Below, in pieces: positions 59,213-64,000 of a DNA stretch of 64,000 nucleotides; position 1 is the first letter of the stretch; every line of letters begins with the position of its first letter. Origin of the DNA: an uncultured delta proteobacterium (GTDB lineage: Bacteria; Myxococcota_A; UBA9160; UBA4427); NCBI GenBank assembly GCA_963822965.1, contig CAWGJT010000010.1, forward strand, positions 1,120,001 to 1,184,000, read 5' to 3'. Position numbers and translations under genes: made by a program. The notes under the pieces are model-generated. The model made no database searches and was not told where the DNA came from. It saw only the letters and a program-made list of their open reading frames with translations.

Positions 59213-59595
59213 CGGGCGCCCTTCCCTTCGCCGCCATCTCGAGCTGGACGGGCGTCTCGTCCACCGGCGAGAGCGCGAACTGCGCGCGGCCCGCGCCGGA
59301 GAGATCGGTGAAGTCGGTGGCGCCGGCCAGCCACCCTCGCAGCCCGGGCGTCTCCTCCAACACACAACTCGCACGAAAGAAGGAAGAGCAGGATTCCGTC
59401 CCCGGCTGGCGTGTGGCGACGGGCCGGCGCGGCCCATCGCCACACCGGGGGTCGCCGAGCGGCTCGCCCCCGGCCCCAGGCGGCCTGGAGGCCGGCTCCT
59501 TCTGCTTGCATCGCACCGGAGCTATTCTGCGCCTCGCCCCTGGGCCGCCTGGCGACGCGGGGGCTCCGGGAGACCGGAATCGCTGAGGAAGCCCG

Positions 59596-60465
59596 ATGCG
59601 CAAGCTCGGTGTTCGTGCGCTGAACGCGCTGCTGTTCGCGCTCTGCTGCTTCGAGGTGGCCCAGATCGTCACCCGGGTCACCACCGAGGGCCTGCAGGGC
59701 GAGGCGCCGGCCGGCGCCGGCGAGGCAGCCGCAGCCGAGAGCCCGGCGCCCGTGGGCTTCGACGCGCGCCTGCCCATCGTGGAGCGCAACCTCTTCGGAT
59801 CGCGCCTGGGGGGCGGCGAGCTGCTCGAGATCCAGGACGACCTCGAGCCCATGGAGGAGACGAAGCTTCCCCTCACCCTGCTGGCCACGATCGCCGGCGA
59901 GTCGAAGGTGGCGCGCGCGGCGATCTACGACGGCAGCTCGCGCGAGAGCCTGGTGGTGGTGCCCGGCGACCAGCTCGGCGCCCACCCGGACGTGCGGGTG
60001 AGCCGCATCGAGCGCGGGCGCGTGCTGCTGCGCAACCAGGGCCGCAACGAGGTGCTGCTGCTGGCCGAGGACACGTCGCAGGTGCCTGGCGCCCCGGCCG
60101 TGGCAGCCCCCGGCCCGCGGAACGTGTCCCGGCGCCCGTCCCGGGTGAGACCGCCGGCGCGGGCCGCTCGCTCCCGCGTAGTGCGCCCTGCACCCCGCGC
60201 AACGCCGCGAGCCGTGCCGGCGCCGCAGCCGCCGGTGCAGGCCGAGGAAGACGCCGGACCCGAGGCGGACGAGTTCGCCCGGATGGAGGAGCTGCGGGAC
60301 GCGGTGTCGAGCGGCGAGATGTCGATCGAAGACGTGGCCGCCGAGCTGCAGGACCTGCGCGAGCAGCACATGAACGAGCTCGACGACGGCCCCCTGCCCG
60401 ACGAGCCCGACTTCGATCCCGGGGCCGATCCCGGGCTCGACCCCGAGCTCGACGAGCCCTACTGA
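59596..60465 (+). CDS. Type II secretion GspC-like N-terminal (HR) domain protein with low-complexity tail
   Basis: N-terminal TM, IVERNLFG, ETKLPLTLLATIAG, VSRIERGRVLLRNQGRNEVL; no PDZ domain. Confidence 0.7.
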   Translation: MRKLGVRALNALLFALCCFEVAQIVTRVTTEGLQGEAPAGAGEAAAAESPAPVGFDARLPIVERNLFGSRLGGGELLEIQDDLEPMEETKLPLTLLATIAGESKVARAAIYDGSSRESLVVVPGDQLGAHPDVRVSRIERGRVLLRNQGRNEVLLLAEDTSQVPGAPAVAAPGPRNVSRRPSRVRPPARAARSRVVRPAPRATPRAVPAPQPPVQAEEDAGPEADEFARMEELRDAVSSGEMSIEDVAAELQDLREQHMNELDDGPLPDEPDFDPGADPGLDPELDEPY

Positions 60466-60468
60466 GCG

Positions 60469-60493
60469 GTCAGCGCCCCGCTGGCGCGCTGAC
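60469..60493. terminator. Hairpin between convergent genes
   Basis: GTCAGCGC-N9-GCGCTGAC immediately after the gspC-like stop; no U-tract. Confidence 0.35.
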
Positions 60494-60560
60494 TTGCAGC
60501 CCGAGGACAACGCTGAGCGTTGTCCTCTTGGGAGCCCGTCGCCGTCGCGGCGGGCCTCGC

Positions 60561-61826
60561 TCACGAGCCGGCTGCGATCTCCCGGGACACGGCCTCCACC
60601 CGCTCCATCACGCGCAGCAGGTTCTCGCCCAGCACCTTGCGAACGGTGGCCTCGTCGTGTCCGCGGGCCAGCAGCCCCTCGGTCAGGTGCGGCAGCGCGG
60701 AGACGTCCTCCATGCCCCGCGGCATGCTGGGCACGCCGTCCCAGTCCGCGCCGATGCCCACGTGGTCGGGCCCGGCCACCTGCAGGGCGTGGTCGAAGTG
60801 GTCGAGCAGCACGTCGAGGGAGGTCTGCGGCACGGGGTGCGCGGCGAAGTGGGCGCGCATGGCCGCGTAGCGGGCGACGGGGTCGTCGCCCGCCTGCTCG
60901 CGGATGGCTTCGAGCTCGTCCTTCCACTTCTCGAAGTACGCCTTCGTCAGGGCGTTGGCCTTCTCGTCGATGTAGGCGGGGTAGAAGTTGATGAGGACGA
61001 CACCGCCGCCGGCGGCCAGGGCGCGCAGCATGTCGTCGCTCATGTTGCGCGGATGGTCGGCGATGGCCCGACACGCCGAGTGGGACGCGATCACCGGCGC
61101 CCGGCTCACGCGCATGACGTCGAAGAAGGTCTCGTCCGAGACGTGGGAGACGTCCACCATCATGCCCAGCCGGTTCATCTCGCGCACCACGTCTTCGCCG
61201 AAGGCGGTGAGCCCATGGTGCTCGGGCTCGAGCGGCTCCGACGACATGCCCGACGAATCGGCCCAGCGGGTGTGGAACGAGTGGGTGAGGGTCATGTAGC
61301 GGACCCCCAGGCGGTAGTAGTCGCGCAGGATCGCCAGGTCGTTGTCGATCATGTGGCCGCCCTCGACGCCCATCAAGCTCGCGAAGCGACCCTCGGCGAC
61401 CAGGCGCCGGATGTCGGCGGCCGTGGTGGCCAGGCCCATCTCCTGCGGATGGCGCGCCACCAGCCGGTACACGGCGTCGATGCGCTCGAGGGCGACGCGC
61501 ACGGCCTCGCCCGGGACCGAGGATTCGCCGGTGTAGATCGACCAGAACTCGGCGTCGAGGCCGCCCTCGCGGATGCGGGGCAGGTCCATGTGGCTGTCCG
61601 TGGCCGGGTGGCGGGCGCCGAAGTCCCAGTCGTCGCCCTGGAAGCGCGCTGCGGTGTCCGAGTGGGTATCGACCACGATGGCGTCCCGGTGCAGGCGCGC
61701 GGCCCGCTCGGCGAGGCTGGGCCCGGTGCCGGGCCCGGGCCCGGGGAAGGACGAGCAGGCCACCAGACCCCCGACCGCGACGAGAGCCGTCACGACGGGA
61801 CGCCGGACGACCGATTGAAAGGACAT
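60561..61826 (-). CDS. Membrane dipeptidase (peptidase M19), lipoprotein
   Basis: VDTHSD, GVEGGH, YMTLTHS, DVSHVSD, ASHS, HPRN, GADWDG. Confidence 0.92.
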   Translation of the reverse strand: MSFQSVVRRPVVTALVAVGGLVACSSFPGPGPGTGPSLAERAARLHRDAIVVDTHSDTAARFQGDDWDFGARHPATDSHMDLPRIREGGLDAEFWSIYTGESSVPGEAVRVALERIDAVYRLVARHPQEMGLATTAADIRRLVAEGRFASLMGVEGGHMIDNDLAILRDYYRLGVRYMTLTHSFHTRWADSSGMSSEPLEPEHHGLTAFGEDVVREMNRLGMMVDVSHVSDETFFDVMRVSRAPVIASHSACRAIADHPRNMSDDMLRALAAGGGVVLINFYPAYIDEKANALTKAYFEKWKDELEAIREQAGDDPVARYAAMRAHFAAHPVPQTSLDVLLDHFDHALQVAGPDHVGIGADWDGVPSMPRGMEDVSALPHLTEGLLARGHDEATVRKVLGENLLRVMERVEAVSREIAAGS

Positions 61827-61940
61827 GCTTCACCTCGAGGCGCGAGCCGGGTCGAGACCCGAAGACGGAGCCCGCAGCAGGGCCGGCGAGACCGCCGGCT
61901 GCGAGGCCCGCAGTATAGGACCGCCGGGCGGACGCGAGCG

Positions 61941-62909
61941 TTATCCTCGCCGCATGAGGAGCGAGATCCATTCGTCGCCGTTGGCATCGACGGCGGTGCG
62001 GGCCGCCACCGGCACGAAGCCTTCGCGGCCGAGCGCCGTCTCCACCTCGACCCGCTCCCCGGCCAGCAGCCCGGAGAAGACGGCGTGTCCGCCCGCGCGC
62101 AGTGCGGCCGCCATCGGCCCGGCAATGGGCAGCATCTCGCGCTTCAGCAGGTTGGCCACCAGCCAGTCGAAGCCCGAGGCACCCAGGGCGTCGAGGGGCC
62201 CGACGAAGACGGCGAGCCGCGCCGACAGGGCGTTCACCCGGGCCCAGTGCCTGGCCGCATGGCCCGACTCGGGATCGAGATCGAGCCCCACGGCCGTGCC
62301 CGCCCCGAGCGCCAGCGCCGCCAGGGCCAGCACGCCGGTTCCCGTTCCCACGTCGAGCACGCGGTCGCCGGGCGCGAGCCCGACCGCGGAGCCCACACCG
62401 CCCCGGGCGATCTCCTCCAGCCAGTCGAGGGCGAGTCGGGTGGAGACGTGGCCGCCCGTGCCGAAGGCCTGCCCCGGGTCGATCACCAGCTCCACCTGCC
62501 CGGCCTCGAGCGGCGCCTCGATCCAGCTGGGACGCACCACCAGCCGCTCGCCCACGCGGATGGCCTCGAGCCCCTCGCGCCACGCCTGGGACCAGTCCGT
62601 CGACTGCACGGGCGCCGCGTCCCCGATGCTCGGGCGACGGGTCGCGGGAACGTCCGCCGCATGGGCCAGCAACGCGTCGCGCACGCCGTCCACCCCGGCC
62701 GCGGGCGCGTAGACGAGGAGCCGCGTGCGACCCGAAGCCTCTTCGCGCTCCTCGATTCCCAAGGCCCCGGCCGCCCACGCCTCGGCGCCCGCCAGCTCGG
62801 CGGCCTGCGCGTCGGGACAGTCGACCTCCAGGCAGAACGAGCCGCCCGTGCGAGCGGGGCGCCCTTCGCGGCCGTCCTCGTCGTCCTGGTCGTCTTGGCC
62901 CGGCGGCAT
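61941..62909 (-). CDS. prmA: Ribosomal protein L11 methyltransferase
   Basis: IDPGQAFGTGGHVST, VLDVGTGTGVLA, VANLL, SGLL. Confidence 0.9.
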   Translation of the reverse strand: MPPGQDDQDDEDGREGRPARTGGSFCLEVDCPDAQAAELAGAEAWAAGALGIEEREEASGRTRLLVYAPAAGVDGVRDALLAHAADVPATRRPSIGDAAPVQSTDWSQAWREGLEAIRVGERLVVRPSWIEAPLEAGQVELVIDPGQAFGTGGHVSTRLALDWLEEIARGGVGSAVGLAPGDRVLDVGTGTGVLALAALALGAGTAVGLDLDPESGHAARHWARVNALSARLAVFVGPLDALGASGFDWLVANLLKREMLPIAGPMAAALRAGGHAVFSGLLAGERVEVETALGREGFVPVAARTAVDANGDEWISLLMRRG

Positions 62910-64000
62910 CTGGCGGCTCGTCTCCTGCCTCGTGGTGACCCTGGTGCTGGTGCCCGGCTGCTACTACACGCACCTGGCCTCGGGACAGCTGCGGCTGCTG
63001 ATGGCGCGCGACTCGATCCAGCGGATCGAGAGCGACCCGACCACGCCGGCCCGGCTGCGCGCACAGCTCGCGCTGGTGGAACGCGCCCGCGACTTCGCCG
63101 CCCGGCTCGGCCTCCGGGTGGGCGGACGATACACGAGCTACGTGGACTGGCCCGGCGATCGCATCGTCACCACCGTCGTCGCCACGCGTCCGGGCGAGGT
63201 GGAGGCTGCGGGCTTCACGTTCCCCATCGTCGGCACGGTGCCCTACAAGGGATTCTTCGACGAGTCCGCGGCCGAGAGCGAGGCGGCGAGCCTGCGCGCG
63301 GACGGCCTCGACGTGTGCCTCGTCCCGGTCACCGCCTACTCCACCCTCGGCTGGATGGACGATCCGGTCACCGCGCCCATGCTGCAGCGCTCCGACTCGC
63401 GGCTCGTCGAGACGGTGCTGCACGAGCTGGTGCACGGGACCGTGTTCGTCGAGAGCCAGCCCGCCTTCAACGAAGGCGCGGCGCGCTTCGTGGGCCAGGA
63501 GGCCGCGATCCGTTTCTTTGCAGACGATCCGGACGCCGAGCGCGAGGTCGTCTCGCGGGTGGCCGACGATCGACACATTGCCGAGGCGCTGCTGGCGTTC
63601 CGCGAGCAGGTGGCCGCGCTCTACGCCACCGAGCCAGAGGGCGACGGGCGACAGGCCGCGCGCGCGGGGCTCGAGCGCGACTTCCGCACGCGGCTGGCCG
63701 CCACGCCGCTGACCACCACCGACGCCGCCCGCGTCGCGCAGCGCGTGCGCCTGAACGACGCCTGCCTGGCCATCGGCGGAACCTACGCGGCGGACACCGA
63801 GCACCACGAAGAGCGGCTCGCGCGTCTGCACGGCGACCTGCCGGCCTTCATCCGGCAGCTGCGGCAGGCCGCCGCGACGAGCGACCCGCGCGCCGCCTTC
63901 TTCGACGATTCCGGCTTCGATGACGCCGCCTTCGACGATCCCGAGGCCGCCGTGGGCGACGCCTCGCCCCGGCGCGCGCGGGGGGCGGCCGAGGCCACCG
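62848..64000 (+). CDS. Putative zinc aminopeptidase lipoprotein (runs off window end; start uncertain, GTG 62848 or 62932; absent from the ORF track)
   Basis: Open frame reads VPGCYYTHLASGQLRLL...FPIVGTVPYKGFF...AYSTLGWMDDP...LHELVHGT...FNEGAARFVG. Confidence 0.85.
   Translation, partial: MRAGRPSRPSSSSWSSWPGGIWRLVSCLVVTLVLVPGCYYTHLASGQLRLLMARDSIQRIESDPTTPARLRAQLALVERARDFAARLGLRVGGRYTSYVDWPGDRIVTTVVATRPGEVEAAGFTFPIVGTVPYKGFFDESAAESEAASLRADGLDVCLVPVTAYSTLGWMDDPVTAPMLQRSDSRLVETVLHELVHGTVFVESQPAFNEGAARFVGQEAAIRFFADDPDAEREVVSRVADDRHIAEALLAFREQVAALYATEPEGDGRQAARAGLERDFRTRLAATPLTTTDAARVAQRVRLNDACLAIGGTYAADTEHHEERLARLHGDLPAFIRQLRQAAATSDPRAAFFDDSGFDDAAFDDPEAAVGDASPRRARGAAEAT

Noticed and set aside
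58753..63923. Very long ORFs (1692 aa and 1131 aa) and similar ones such as 19290-22499, 9983-12982 and 25115-27940
   Set aside because: Arg/Gly/Pro/Ala-rich shadow frames overlapping well-supported genes; expected at about 70% GC.
63901..63945. 15-bp tandem repeat x3 (TTCGAYGAY...)
   Set aside because: Encodes a low-complexity FDDxx tail in the aminopeptidase; no further significance evident.

Overview
High-GC (about 70% in the core parts) bacterial DNA. Gene content (GspC-like, PEP-CTERM-type proteins, Myxococcus-type Cys-rich repeat, cdaA-cdaR-glmM) suggests Myxococcota or a deltaproteobacteria-like lineage (inference). Many essential genes carry single-base frameshifts, which look like uncorrected long-read errors, so gene spans were rebuilt by joining frames. 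Bases 1-28.6k are mostly a minus-strand housekeeping run: B12 mutases and leucine/acyl-CoA catabolism, era-rnc-mnmA-iscS, lysC, tsaE-nnr-acpS-pdxJ-glmM-cdaR-cdaA-folP-ftsH-tilS, and tRNA-Met. The PdxJ and AcpS homologs there have lost their catalytic residues. The most interesting part is about 29.4-43.2 kb. A lower-GC cassette encodes a radical SAM enzyme and a PilZ + LuxD-like hydrolase + SAM-methyltransferase fusion. These lie directly upstream of a 6-TM hybrid histidine kinase and a REC-GAF-kinase. The GC break falls inside the kinase gene, between the sensor domain and the kinase core. The cassette also has back-to-back sigma54 promoters, a sensorless kinase, a wHTH-STAND-TPR regulator and a sigma54 activator with no input domain. 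I interpret it as a candidate c-di-GMP-gated lipid-signal synthase plus cognate receptor, reminiscent of PhcBSR and with an agr/ComQXP-like variable cassette; this is a hypothesis. Bases 43-64k hold mixed metabolic genes and secreted or surface proteins. No CRISPR array, rRNA, integrase or transposase was seen.
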